Assembly (NCBI GenBank): GCA_964016885.1
Contig: CAXHJY010000237.1
Span: 9,261 to 73,260, forward strand
Reading direction: 5' to 3'
Length of the DNA stretch: 64,000 bases
DNA from: Eledone cirrhosa
Lineage: Eukaryota
A model generated the notes under the pieces. It saw only the letters and a list, made by a program, of their open reading frames with translations, was not told the DNA's origin and did no database searches. Below, piece after piece: positions 1-14,299 of this stretch; within the stretch, counting starts at the first letter, position 1; every line of letters begins with the position of its first letter. The translations under genes and the position numbers were made by a program.

Positions 1-449
1 CCGTCAGAGGAGTAGTTCCTGTTCTTCATTTTTCGCATCACTTGATTTATCAGCATCGCGTGGCCCTGGTTAATGTTAGCATATTTTATTCTGTTACAAA
101 AAACAAGTCATGCCTCCTTCAATCCGTAGATAACCTTCGTTCTTTCTCACACCACCAGCTCTACATAATTCTCACACCACTACGAGACGAATTTGAATAT
201 TGACCTTATTTGTGTAGGCTAAGAAGATATTCTGACAATTAATGATGTTTCTGATACCTGGATCAATGAACACATATTTACAGGTAGGAGAACTGGAGTT
301 GTTTGAGAGATTTTCTAACCACAGACGCAATTATATTTTCCTACAATTCTGTATCAATATACAGCTACATGGGTTGGACGTTTTCTCAGTGCTTTTGGCC
401 ACTGTCACAAATTCGGTCTATTGTCGATACTCATTTTCAGCTGAGTATA

Positions 450-570
450 CTGGAGCAACGTGAAATGAAGTGTTTTGTTCAACAACACAACACATTACCC
501 AGTCCAGGAATCTAACCCACAACATTATGATAGTAAGTCCAACACCCTCACCACTAGGACACGCGTTTCA
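450..570 (-). mobile_element. tRNA-derived SINE head fragment (family B), decayed
   Basis: TGGAGCAACGTGAAATGAAGTG...ACCACTAG block recurs at ~36858, ~45903 and 49552; the reverse strand reads as an A/B-box tRNA-like head. Confidence 0.65.
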
Positions 571-2393
571 AATTTTAGACAGAGAAAAATAGTCTAAAAC
601 CCTGCATTGAAGCAACTTACATTATGCTAACATATTTTCAAAATAATAATTAAATTCGAAAATGGTGAAGTATGATGATTCAGTAGGTTGAAATGGGAGA
701 ACTAAATAGCTGCGGTAATGTCCTTACAGAAACCAGGACAGTTATTAGAAAATCACACTCAGTTGATGAAAGAAAACTTCCAAGATTTTATCCTCAATCT
801 GGTTCAGCAATATTGAATTAGGGTGTAAGGGGCTGAGTGTCCACAGACGTAAGTTTATCGTAATCCTCAGTTAGAACAAGACTCAGAGTGACAAAACAGA
901 ATCTTTGCATTTCACGTAATAGTTATTTGATGGGTTTCTTTACAACCTCCTCCTTCCTACTCACAATACTTAGGTCAACCATTGGTAATGATAAGAGCTA
1001 ATGTCTTCTAGATGCCATACAATAGGAGCGAGCCTGGGACACCGTCACTACAAAACGAGCGTCTCGACAAATTAGCCCTAATATATCCATTGACCTTTAA
1101 ACTATTAGTGATCTATTCTGTTGAATTGGCTGATCACATCTCTAAAGAACTTTGTACAAGAATCTAGAAATAAAATGTTAGACGTCTAGAATATATATAT
1201 ATATATATATATTTGTATTTTATTGTTGTTGTTTTGTTTTGAATATCGAATAAATGAAATAGGATATTAAGTAAAAATAAAACACAGCAAAAGCAGTTAG
1301 ATCTGTAATGGGATGATACAAAAATAGAGCAAGAATATAAAAAATGTAATAAAGGAAAGACTAAACAAAAGAAAACGTCGTAAAATATTGTGAAAAACGA
1401 AATGAAACTGCAATATAAAAAGAGCGGAAAACGAAATAAAGAGCTAACAATGTGAAAATAGCTAAAAACCTAAATTAAGATGTAATAGAATAATGCTGAA
1501 AATGAAAAACGAAACAATGAAAAATAACAACAAAAGAAAAATAATAAATTAATGAAAAAGGAAAAAAAAATCTAACATGATAAACGAATATTCTGAAAGT
1601 GCCATAGATAATAGGAGAAAAAAAATAGAAATGATATAAAAATAGATGGAAAATGAAATGGAATAATATAAAATTAGCGAAAAATGAAAACGAAAAACAG
1701 AACCCCCCCCCCCCCCCCCATTCAAGAATATCAAAAAAGTATGTAAAGGAAATATATATTTTGAAAAGTTGATATAGTTATGAAACTGCACATTATTTTA
1801 TAATAGCTCTATTGAACAATGGGCTGAGCTATATACAGTATGTCTGCTCAGACAAAATGCACATGCTGTAGAGGTTTGGGAAATAATGTTCTACTGATTT
1901 CTATATCTGCACTCTGTCATGTATATGCTGGTGTGTAGGTTTTTTTCTTGTTCGAACACCCCTATTTCTTTTCCTAGTATAAGTACTTTTTTTCTTGCTA
2001 CTCAGTGATAACTTCTGTTAGAGGGGCTTCTTATATATATAACAATTATAATTTAGCTCTTTGCATGAAAGTCAATATTATTAAAAACTAACCTCAAACT
2101 GTATTAGAAGCACCTTTATATGACAATGTCAAACCATATTATTTACAGTATTACTGTTTTTCAATTAAATGTATCTTTTTCTCAATATCCTTCAATTAGA
2201 AAGTCTGTCTAATAATATTCTTTTATTCTTCCTTATTTTTTGTGAGTGAGTGAGTAGCTGATTTTCTCTTGGAGAGTTGGCATGATGGCAGCGCAGGTGG
2301 TTACTGTGTAGCGGGATGCCATTTTTTAATGACAGGAAACTTTACATATTTAATAAAAACAGACTCTATTGTTTTACTCTGGTATAGGTTAAC

Positions 2394-2468
2394 TGTTTAG
2401 TTATCTTTGGAACACCCACAATATTTGATGTTTAGTTATCTTTGGAACACCCACAATATTTGATGTTT
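2394..2468. repeat. 35-bp exact tandem duplication
   Basis: TGTTTAGTTATCTTTGGAACACCCACAATATTTGA at 2394 and 2429, followed by TGTTT microhomology. Confidence 0.9.
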
Positions 2469-3669
2469 CTTGGATGCTAATTAGGATATCATTGATTGAA
2501 AGATCACTTTCTGACAAACACTGGAGAAATAATTTTCATCTTTCTTGTTTTTGATTTTTTTTGTCTTTGTTTCTTTAAATATCTTTGCATCTGGTTAGGA
2601 ATGGACGATATTGTTCATTTTCTGGGAGAAATCTCAACCTTGGAATCTGGAATATAAGACAAGTAAAGATTACAATATTTATTTTCCTTCTGAAGCAAGT
2701 GTTCTACCGAATGTTTGGTGGTGTTTCAAAATGGTCTTTTGTAATGTTAAGGTTGTTCTTTGTTATTATTATTGATGTTCATATTTAGTTTTAATCCTTT
2801 TGAAAGCTGACATTGTTATTTAACTTATAGTTGTTGTTGTTGTTGTTTTCTGTTGCAGGGGGTACTGGGGGTCGGGTGATATCGACGGAGTATTGATGAT
2901 GTTGTTTTCTGTTGCGGGGGTACTGGGGGAGTATTGTAGTTGTTCATATTGCTGGTTTTATTTGTTCCATTGGACATGTTCATAACATTTCGACTGCTTT
3001 GTTGTTTATCTTGTCAAACATTTTATCCTCTTGAACCATCCATTATACTATTTCTGTCTTGTTTTTGTTATTATTTGTACCTTTTCTGTTGGTGGTTTTG
3101 TTATACTAGTTGTATATGATGCTGCTAGTCTCCTGCTTCAGTCTCCTATTGTATTATAACATTAACAACATTAATGTTAACAACTACACATTTGTTATTA
3201 GGTTAATACCAAATCTTCGAATGAGGAAACGTTTTGCTTTGTAAAGCAAGGTTTTAACACAAGACAGACGATATGTTTAGCATTACTTCTGTTACATTTG
3301 TCTTCACTGCTATTGACTGCTACACCTTCTTCAAATGTCAAGTATGTTGACAATATTAATCAAATATTTGCCCACTCACTACAGAGGAGGGTAAAAAAAT
3401 ATTACAAGTCATCTCTAAGGGAGAAAATTGAAAGTTTTTTTTAGGTGAACATCAAAAATAGTAGCAATGATAGAAAAATTCAATTCTCATTTGAAAATTA
3501 CAAAGATGTGTGAGAATTTACAGAACATTGATGTTTACAATAACCACATGTTATGGTACTGTACTTTATTGACACCATAAGGATGAAAGGCAAAGTTAAC
3601 ACTGGCAGTATTTGAACTCATATATACATTCATATACACATACATGTATACAAACTTATAAAATGTGCA

Positions 3670-3830
3670 TCCGCTTCACAGTTCCCATGTCCCAAATTGC
3701 TCTCATATGGCATTGGTTGACCTGAGACTATAGCAGAAGATACATCCCAATATGTTACATGGTGGAACTGAACTAGAAACCAGGTGGTTCACAAGTGAGC
3801 ACTTTATCCATACAGTCATGTCTGCACCCA
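3670..3830 (-). mobile_element. tRNA-derived SINE (family C), decayed
   Basis: GACC.GAGACTATAGCAGAAGA...GGAACTGAAC...CAGTCATGTCTGCACC; related blocks at ~975-1075 and ~36580-36710. Confidence 0.55.
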
Positions 3831-3974
3831 TAGAAATAGCTAGAAAATTTGCTAATTAAAATTTCATAATTCATTATAAACTTAATTAATAGTTATTGTT
3901 TCCATATTCAATTGCTATTCAAGATGGAGAAACTCAAGGTGTTCTGAGAGGAACATGGTGGGGAAGCAACTCTT

Positions 3975-5150
3975 GTTGTTGGGTTTGTAGTTGTATTTGT
4001 TGTTATGGTTGTTGTTTTGGGGTTTGTGGTGGTGATGGAGTTGGTGTGTTGGTGATGGTGTGGTGGTAATGGTGATGGTGTGGTGGTAATGGAGTTGGTG
4101 TGGTGGTGATGGAGTTGGTGTGGTGGTGATGGAGTTGGTGTGGTGGTGGTGATGGTGTGGTGGTGATGGAGTTAGTGTGGTGGTGATGGAGTTGGTGTGG
4201 TGGTGTTGGTGATGGTGTGATGGTGAAGGAGTTGGTGTGGTGATGTTGGAGTTGGTGTGGTGGTGATGGAGTTGGTGTGGTGGTGTTGGTGTGGTGGTGG
4301 TGGAGTTGGTGTGGTGGTGTTGGTGTGGTGGTGGTGGAGTTGGTGTGGTGGTGATGATGAGGGTGTGGTGGTGATGGAGTTGGTGTGGTGGTGTGGTGGT
4401 GGTGGAGTTCGTGTGGTGGTGTTGGTTATGGTGTGGTGGAATTGGTGTGGTGGTGATGGAGTTGGTGTGGTGGTGATGATGGTGTGGTGGAGTTGGTGAT
4501 GGTGTGGTGGTGATGGTGATGGTGTGGTGGTGGTGTTGGTGATGGTGTGGTGGAGTTGGTGTGGTGGAGTTGGTGTGGTGGTGTTGGTGTTGATGGTGTG
4601 GTGGAGTTGGTGTGGTGGTGATGGAGTTGGTGTGGTGGTGATGGAGATGGTGTGGTGGTGTTGGTGTGGTGGTGGTGTGGTGTAGTTGGTGTGGTGGTGT
4701 TGGTGTGGTGGTGATGGAGTTGGTGTGGTGGTGTTGGTGATGGTGGTGATGGAGATGGTGTGGTGGAGTTGGTGTGATGGTGATGTTGTGGTGGAGTTGG
4801 TGTAGTGGTGATGGTGTGGTGGTGGTGGTGATGGTGTGGTGGTGATGGAGTTGGTGTGGTGGTGATGGAGATGGTGTGGTGGTGATGGAGATGGTGTGGT
4901 GGTGATGGAGATGGTGTGGTGGTGTTGGTGTTGGGGTGGTGTTGTTGGTGTGGTGGTGTTGGTGATGGTGTGGTGGTGTTGGTGATGGTGGTGATGGAGT
5001 TGGTGTGGTGGTGGTGGAGTTGGTGTGGTGGTGGTGGAGTTGGTGTGGTGGTGGTGGAGTTGGTGTGGTGGTGATGGTGATGGTGGTGATGGAGTTGGTG
5101 TGTTGGTGATGGTGTGGTGGTGGTGGTGATGGAGTTGGTGTTGGTGCTGG
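3975..5150. repeat. G/T-rich (TGG)n-based minisatellite, ~18-21 bp units such as GATGGAGTTGGTGTGGTGGT
   Basis: Directly visible degenerate tandem array; source of the spurious H/T/P-rich ORF. Confidence 0.95.
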
Positions 5151-5548
5151 CAGTAGAGATGATGGAAGATTATGTAACAATGTTATTGCTGTCTTTGTTG
5201 TTGTTTGTCATTTGTTTGTTACGGCTGTTGTTGTTGTTGTTGTTGGTGGTGGTGGTAGGATTGTGAAATATTCTACTTGTTAATAGTTGACAGTGTTGAC
5301 CGTAGTGTTCATAGTAATGGTGATGGTAGCAGTAGAAATGGTAAAATAGTGACCTGCAGTGGTTTACTGTTGTCGTCACAATTGTTGCAGTAGTAGTTGT
5401 TCTTTAGTCTGTGTTATTAGTGATAGAGCTTATATCAGTAAAGATTGGCATGGAGGAGTTGGTGTAGGTGATAGTGGAGACAGTTGGATATAGTAATAAT
5501 TGATTCTACACACACACACATATATATATATATATCACATATATATAT

Positions 5549-6515
5549 AATCAGTAGAGGAGCTAGAGAATAAATTCTGGCTATGGAAACAGCAGTTGGA
5601 AGCAAGAGGACTGAGAGTGAACCTAGCTAAGACAAAAGTGTTGATGAGTAGAAAAGAGGACAAAACCCTGATTCCATCAGGGAAATGGCCATGTTCGATA
5701 TGCAGAAAAGGAACTGGCATAAATTCTATAAAATGCACACAATGCAGATCCTGGGTACACAAGAGATGTAGCGGGATAGCAGGCAAACTAACAGGTAGGG
5801 AGAAATATGTATGTAGTAGATGTACAGGGAAATTAGACAGTAGAAGTCGCATTGATAGACACATTTTTCAGATGCAGGAGGGCGCTATAGAAGTGGTGGA
5901 TAGCTTCCGGTACCTAGGAAATCAGATTAGCATGGGAGGAGGGTGTTCCGAGGCCATAGTATCTAGAATAAGGATGGATTGGAAGAAGTTTAGGGAGCTG
6001 CTTCCTCTGTTGATGAGGAAGGGTTTCTCCCTGCGTACGAAAGGCCGGTTGTATGATGCCTGTGTGAGGAGCGCGACGTTGCATGGTTGTGAGACATGGG
6101 CAGCAACTGCAGAGGATATGCGACGGCTGGAGAGAAATGAGGCAAGCATGCTCCGTTGGATGTGCAGTGTAAATGTGCGTGAACGACCCAGCATAAATGT
6201 GTTGAGAGAGAAACTGTGTCTGAGAGGGATAGAATGTAGTGTATGGGAGAGGAGACTGAGGTGGTATGGACATGTGATGCGCATGGAGGATGACCGATGG
6301 TGAAGAAGTGCCAGGAAATGCCAGTTGAAGGAAGACGTGGAAGAGGTAGACCACAAAAAACATGGGCGGAGGTGGTGAGAACAGACCTCAGATCATTGAA
6401 GCTCACGGTGGAGATGACGAAGGACCGTGACGAGTGGAGAGATGCTGTGCTGAATAAGACCCGTCCCACCCTTGCAAGCAGGGAAAAGCGGACGTAAAAT
6501 GATGATGATGATGAT
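5549..6515 (+). mobile_element. RTE-clade LINE, 5'-truncated (RT C-terminal half with PHD-like finger), one frameshift near 6297
   Basis: ORFs 5596-6303 and 6297-6497: [48 protein letters not shown]. The stop is followed almost directly by a (GAT)n tail; the 5' end abuts (TA)n. Confidence 0.95.
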
Positions 6516-6817
6516 CCAGGGAGTGTAACTTGGAGTTACTGTAGGTTCAGCCAGGTGAGCACTCGATGTTTAGGTTCACTTCAGTGTCGAGGTGTAGAGT
6601 GTATTATATATATATATGTTCCTGTAACTGGTGTGACCATTCACCAATGTACAGATTCAGCACAAAATACTAATACTTCGACAATTATATTTATAAGTCA
6701 CCTGTATAGGTCCATATATATATATGTTTATATATACATATGCTTCTATGTGTACACACAACACAATGTATCTGTGAGCACTAGCACACATGTACTTACG
6801 CAAACATGCATAATTGA

Positions 6818-6869
<52 letters not shown>

Positions 6870-7049
6870 GTGCACTTGCACAAGTACGCACATAAGCCCA
6901 CATGCTAGCATGGAAAATAGATGTAAAACAGTGGAGGTGATGATATATGTATATACACACAAATATATATATTATGTTGGTGCCCCAAAACATCCAGCCA
7001 ACACTGTAAAGTGATCATGTAAAAGATATGCTGAAAGGCACCAAGCATG

Positions 7050-7217
7050 CACTGTAAATGTGGTTGATGTTAGGAAGGGCATCCAGCAGTAGAAAACCAG
7101 CCAGAAACAGTCCTATATGAGTGAGACACGGTCACCTGACCCAATTTGCCTCTACATGGGACAAACCCGTCTAACCAGTGCTAGCGCGGAAGATAGATGT
7201 TAAATGATGATGATGAT
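7050..7217 (+). mobile_element. RTE 3'UTR/tail fragment
   Basis: CACTGTAAATGTGG..TTAGGAAGGGCATCCAGC..GGAAGATAGATGTTAAATGATGATG matches the 3'UTR of the 55991 RTE. Confidence 0.8.
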
Positions 7218-7231
7218 ATATAATATATACA

Positions 7232-7281
<50 letters not shown>

Positions 7282-7424
7282 GTGGTGGTAGAGGTTGTGT
7301 GTACGTTTATGGATTAATTAAAATCTTTATTTCTCAGATTCTATTTTATTAATATTTCTTTAATGAAATCTCAGATTTGTTCATTTGTTGATTTTATATT
7401 GTTGAAAATGGCGGATTTAAAATG

Positions 7425-7720
7425 TTGTTAGTGCTGCTGTTGTTGTTACAGCTGCTGCTGCTTTTACTACTGCTAGTGATGTTTTTGTTACAACTGTTGT
7501 TGTTGCTGTTGCTAGTGTTGTTGTTGTGGCTGATGCTGTTGTTGTTGTGGCTGATGCTGTTGGTGTTGTTGTTCGTGTGATTGTTGTTGTTGCTGTTGTT
7601 ATTGTTGATGTTGTTAGTGTTGCTGTTACTGTTGCAGCTGCTATTGTTGCAGCTATTATTGTTGGTGTTGTTCTTGTTGTCACATGCTGCTGTTGTTGTT
7701 CTTGTTGTCACTGTTGTTGT
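7425..7720. repeat. (TGT/TGC)n low-complexity trinucleotide tract
   Basis: Visible directly. Confidence 0.9.
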
Positions 7721-9783
7721 ATCTAATTATTGTATTGTCCCTTTCCGTTGATATTCTTGTATGTTCATGTTGTTCTTGTTAATGATACTGCTGTATTTTT
7801 ATGTATATATTTTTGTATATAGTTTTATATTTTAGATTGTGTTCTTTCATGTTTTCCTCTATTTTTTTAACATATATTTCTTTTTATTATTTTTGCTTGT
7901 TTTGTCGGTTTTGTTTGCAAAGTTAATTATGCAATAAATTTCCATTTGTCTTATTCTACCTTCATTACTACTACCACTACTACAGTCATTACTACTACCA
8001 CTACTACTGCCACTACTTCCTTCATTATTAGTACCACTACTACGGTCATTACTACTACCACTACTATCACTACTTCTCATTCTCTTATTGCTCTTCTTAC
8101 CATAACTATTAACTTCACTTCTCTAACAGGTATTGCGCTTTGTCAGACGTTAAGCTGTGATTTGCACAAGATTTTAATCCTCATTGAGGCAGATGGATCA
8201 AACATATTTACCCCCACCTTTACCCCATTGACTCCAACACACATCTCTTCCATTCTTCACTCCTTTTTAAGTATGGCCAACCTATTACAACTTTAGAAGG
8301 AAGTTGGTCACATATTTTACTACAAAGAAAACATCCATGGACCCTTAACTCCTGAGGGTTTTATAAGGGACCACTGTCGTCACACTGTATAGTTAATCAC
8401 AGACTAAGTCTAAACACAGACTGATATTTCCTGAGAGAGAGTGAGGAAAAGAAAAGGAGAAAACGAAAGAGTGAGATATAGAAGAATTGACACCAGTACT
8501 AGACTAGTAATTTATTCATTGACCTAGAAACCATAACATCTGGCAGGATTTGAACTCAGAGTGGATAGAGCTGGAAATAATATAGCAAACATTCTACCTG
8601 ACATTCTTGTGACACCACCAATTCACCACCCTGTATTGGATACATAAGCATACAGAATATAACCCCAACAATATTTTGTTACAAAAACTGAACAAATATG
8701 ACAGAAAAAACAAATTTGAACATACACACCTCCCACCAGACCAAGATGTTTGCATCTCCCTTCAATCAGATACAAAGACAACAGTGATAATAACTGGAAG
8801 CTGGTATATCTCAGAGTTCGACAAAATCTTCAACAGGGATATATAAACAGGGAAAGTATTGCCTGAAGGAAAGTTCGTTATAGCTCACATCTTCAGTTAT
8901 GAATATAAAACTAGAAATCGCCTGAAACGAAAAACAAAAAATAAAATAAAATAAAATTATAAACATTATAAAAATTAACAGATTCTCATTCCAAGTAGCC
9001 AGTCACATATAAGTCAATCTCTTCTTCGAACAAACAACATTTCTTGAAAGAATAATTCTCGAGGTTATTTTAACAGCATTTCCAACAATATACTTAAGGA
9101 TAAAATACTTAATATATTAAGAAGCAATAAACAACTTTGCTTTGCAATTCTTCTTCTTCATATCGTCAAGTCTGAGATCTGTAATTGGGATTCGAGGCAT
9201 AACTATATTTTGTCTCTCTGATGAAGAGGTTTACTGCTCTCATTATCTTTCCTCTTCAGTGCATGGTATATAAACCTATTTAAATTTGTGAAATTTACCA
9301 AACAAAGACATGTTTACAATCATAAAAGATAACTGAACTGGTACATCTCTCAAACATCATCAAGGAACACTTCCACATCAAACGTTAAGCAAGAAAACCT
9401 TTAATCATTTGTACAGACTTTTGTTTGATTCTGAAGATCTCATCAACTTTTTTCTTTACGGTATTAATTATAAAATTCATTCTATTTTGTTGCTGCCCCT
9501 CACGTTGATTGTTCGTTGACCATTCTCTCTTCATTTATCATCACAGTCATTAGCTTTAAGATATTTCACACATTCAAACATCTATACTGCACATTTATCA
9601 TCGTCTGCCAATGGAAGAGAAGAATACTTATGATTAGTGAATTCATTAAAAATATATATATAGTGAAAGAAATACAAAAGCTTAACACAAGCTTAATGAA
9701 CCGGACAATGGTACATACAAAATTACCTCACTATCACCTCACTGATTATTTATGCACATATACATATGTACGGACGTATATAT

Positions 9784-10045
<262 letters not shown>

Positions 10046-11271
10046 TGTATATATATGTGTGTGTGTGTGTGTTTATGCAGCTGTAAATATATGTATTTTC
10101 ATGTGCATATGAATGCTCATGGGGAAATGATATGCTCACTTGAAACATGGCCCATTTGGATTCACTGTTGAGCTGCTAGTAGTTTAACAGCTTAAAATAT
10201 ATTAAGATTAGGGTTGTATAGGGGAGTTTCACAGACATTTGATGTGCTAGTATATATTATTAACTTGAGACACCCAATGCAGTATGTCTTTTGGATATAG
10301 ATGTGTGGGTGGTTGTATTATCATGTGGTATTGTACACACAGGAATGGTGAGGAATGGATGCGTTCATTGAAACTGGTGATGTATTTAGTCAGTGATGTA
10401 ACAGTCAAATGTGTGTTTGCATATATGTATATGCACAGTTATTTACATCTCTCTCTCTACATATATATATATATATAAACATACAGGTAGTCTGAGTGAC
10501 TGTGTGTATGCTTGTACGTGTGCGTGCGTGTTTGTATGTCTGTATGCGTACATATCTGTGTGTACGTGTATGTAGGTATGAGTAAGTATGCATGTATTTA
10601 TATGTATATGTGAGTGTTTGTGTATGTATATATATGTGTGTGTATTTAGTAAATGGCAGACTACACCATATAATAATATACTTCAGTGAATTAATGGGGT
10701 TTTTTCTCGTTAATAATCATGTTTTATTTATTACAAAATACAATTAGCTAACATGTCATAGCATACATATATTGTCATACAGTCTTTAATGGAGTATCTA
10801 GCTATCCAGCCATTTCTCTGTGTGTGTGTATATCCATCTATCTATCTACCACACAGTTCCATTCCTCTCTCTATATATGTATTTATAATGAGATATTTGT
10901 ATTGTTTGGGTGGGAAGAGAAACAGAATTATGTATGATAGGTAAATATGTGTGTACTATAGAAAATATACATCTGTACGTTTAATTCCCTCTCCCCCTAT
11001 CTCACTAAAACAGTCACCATCATCACCATCCTTATCACCACCACCATCACCACCATTATCAGCTGCTAATAGCATCAATATTAAAGATGGTGCATCATTA
11101 GCCACAGCAATTACACGTTAAAAGACTTGAAATGTCAAGAGCAGAAACGACAGCCAAAAACATAATCTAAACAGAAACAACAGCAATAACAACTACAGCA
11201 GCAATAGTAACAGCAGCAGCAACAACAGCAGCACAACAACTACAGCAAGACAATTATTAATAGTATTAATA

Positions 11272-11462
11272 ATTATTGTTTCTACTTTTGGCTCAAGGCC
11301 AGCAATTATCCTAGTGTATTAATGGTACTTTATTCTATCGACCCTGTAAGGATGAAAAGCAAAGTTAACCTTAGCGGGATTAAAACTCAGAATGCAAAGG
11401 GCCATAACTATGCTGCAAAGCATGGCGTCCGACCCTCTACCGATACTGCCAATCCACTGCCC
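11272..11462 (-). mobile_element. tRNA-derived SINE (family A), full length
   Basis: Reverse complement of the 41386-41571 copy; contains ATCGACCC.GTAAGGATGAAA. Confidence 0.85.
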
Positions 11463-13409
11463 TAGTATTAATAATAATGACCATATTATGAATTCATAGG
11501 AATATATTCTTTAGGTTACATGCTGCTGTGTACAGACATACCTATATGTATACAGATGTACACATACACATATGTATATTTGCACACATGCAGACATATC
11601 TGTATACATATTTCTATAACTGTTTCATCTATTATACCCCTCCCCAACTCATCATTACTGAAAGGTGCTGGTTTATGTCATCAGTCACATGTGGTCGGCA
11701 TGGAAGGAATATCATTTTCTTATCATATTTAGATGTGGTGAGACTAGGAATTCTGTGATGCACGCTATTTTGTGAAGTTGCGTTGTCGGAAGAAAGGAAA
11801 CTGTTTCATAACAATATCTACAATACACTATAATTCGCCTGACTGGCCATAACAGTGTTATAGATACATGCTAGTCCTACTACCAACAATTTCTGTGCAA
11901 ATGATTTGGCATTCTGTGGTTAATAATGCCCAGACATGGACTAAGGCTGCTGGGGCATCTGTAGAGATTATTAGGGGACGATGAGAAATTGTGCTCAATT
12001 TTGGGAGGGCACCTTTTCATGCTGCTCAACCTTTCAGTAGAAGTACAGTCTTGAACCAAATTAAAACCAATATCGCGCTCCTACCTTATGTAGTCTTGTC
12101 ATGCACTCCCTACTCTCAACCAGTCAAGCAAAGTGGTTTATTGAATTCTATAGACAACTAGATCAACACCCAATGATTTTAATCTCAGTAGCTACAAGCA
12201 GCGAACTTCAGTCAACCAGGTCTTCTGAGAGGTATACTGAGGGACGAAACTGTTCTGCTTGCATTGTCACAGTCCCAGTGTTACTGACTCATACAGTTAT
12301 GTCAAATAGCTGTTATTATTGCATGGAAAATGGATTGAAATATTTATTGATTGATTCTATTAGCCTTTCCTTGGCCGGGAAGAGCAGGCATTTTTTCTGT
12401 TTCGTGGCCATAATAAAAGAGACACCATGGTGGAAATATTGAAAATACTGATGGCAGACACTTTTCTCCTCATCAAACCTCTTAATAACTTTTACGTTTT
12501 ATTCACTCTTTATAATAAATGGCAAGGAGAGAAAGAGGTGGTGGCCTTCTGCTACATTCCTGTACACATGGCTACCGAACTGTCCTGATCTCGCATAATT
12601 CTACAGTTAATAATTAACATAAAAATATAAGACAATTATAGAATTTCCAATGCTAGACTACATCAAGTGAAACATTTCATCTTGATGGTTAAATTTCATG
12701 TACTTAGCAAAGCTTTCACAGACAGAGAAAGCAGGCAAGCATGGCGAACCTATTTTTTCATCTTTCCAATAGATTTTCTTTCCTTCTACAATATCCGGCA
12801 ATCATTATTGGTGTTTTAGTTGTTGTTATCACTAAACTTGTTTCTTGTCGTCTTCTTTTCTCTAATGGAGGTCGTTTTCTAGTTGTTACTATATTTTTTT
12901 TCACTTTTTGGCCTATGCTATACATTTCCGGTCATTGCATTTTGCGATCGAACTGACATTTTCATAAAGTTTAATTATTTACTTCAAAGTGAAGCGATCA
13001 GTAAATAAAGGAAATATCATCATCATCATCATCGTTATCATCACTGTCATCATTAATAGCATTAACATCATTATCATCAATTACATGATATCATCATCAT
13101 CATCATCATAGTAAACTTCATCAGAAACAGTTTTTTCATCATTTGTATCATATTTAGCCGCCACACCCATTACTGTCATAATTTTTACCATCGTTAACAT
13201 TAACTTTGTCTCACAAAGTGTTTGCCGCATTGCTTTTAATTTTAACTTTGTTATTCTCTTTGATCTGTTAATTAAATGTTGATATATTTTGGTGCAGAAA
13301 TCGCTGTAAAACTGCTATGAGATTGTTAGTGATGTGTGTAGGTAACAATCAGTTTCAGGTGTGTCTTAATACTGTGGGATAATACCTGTGTAGAAGTTAT
13401 GATGTTTAA

Positions 13410-13620
13410 CCCTTTAGCATTTGCATTTCTCTATATATACTATTGTATTTTTGTGGGAAAGGCTTTATCTTATATAATTATCTCACATAATATCGAATCT
13501 ACAGGATTTTGATGTTATTTATTTTGAGAACAATACCTTAACGTCAGTATAAGCAGCTGGTTTGAACAGAGAGAGGAGAGAGAATTCTGGCTGGATACAA
13601 CCAGTTTAAATGCTAAAGGA
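13410..13620. mobile_element. piggyBac-type MITE
   Basis: TTAA (13406-09) CCCTTTAGCATTT ... AAATGCTAAAGGA TTAA (13621-24): 13-bp TIR with one mismatch and a TTAA TSD. Confidence 0.8.
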
Positions 13621-14299
13621 TTAAGCTGTTTCTTAGTACTGAAGAGCAAGAGAGCTGTTGAAAAACTCTCCGTTCATAGTCTAGGAAATAATTGTTACCT
13701 ACTTGCTGCCTTCCGAAGTTTATTAGTTTCCAATTCATGAACACGAGGTAGCTACTAAATGTGTGTTGAACAATAAAAAACCTGGAAGTTGTTAAGTACT
13801 GGAGGGTGACCATAAGATGTCACTTATGTCATTTATTTGTGAAAAATATGGCACATTTGATCAGCAACTGCCAGCAAATGTCATTAAGCTCTTATCTTCA
13901 TATAAAACACGGTTTTGTTGTTTAATGCATAGGGACAACTTTAGGGAATGTATTGTTTGGGAATAGAGAAATGAAATGTGGCATTGTTGAAGTTAGTTGA
14001 TTGCAGATCTTAACATCTCATTCAAATTTAATGAGGAATAAATAGTTATGTTCAAATACATGAAAATCTACTGACGTTTTACTCAGATTCTGACCGCATC
14101 TACTTTGTCTTGAGTAATAACAACTTTAATATTCTATATAAACATTGTTTTTATCACAATTGAAAGTATGTATACATTTTTGAAGGACACTCTGAATGCT
14201 GAGACCGATAGCTTAGTAACAACTGACCTCAAGTGAAGTAAGTATTTTAGTGTACGAATGAAACATCGGAATACAACTAATATCTGAATCATTAAGCAA

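Noticed and set aside
3915-5180. 421-aa His/Thr/Pro-rich ORF on the minus strand
   Set aside because: It is the translation of a triplet-periodic TGG minisatellite, with no domain and no canonical ATG start.
5535-6469. ORFs antisense to the RTEs (also 21149-21967, 54021-54506, 56022-57140)
   Set aside because: Shadow frames of RT coding sequence; they resemble each other only because the elements are homologous.
7394-8110. Asn/Ser/Thr/Val-rich ORFs
   Set aside because: Trinucleotide low-complexity repeats, not supported as exons.
11950-12730. Possible Helitron/Pif1 helicase remnant (GAP.MLL.NL-like near 12010)
   Set aside because: Only short, frameshifted motif resemblances; not supportable without a profile search.
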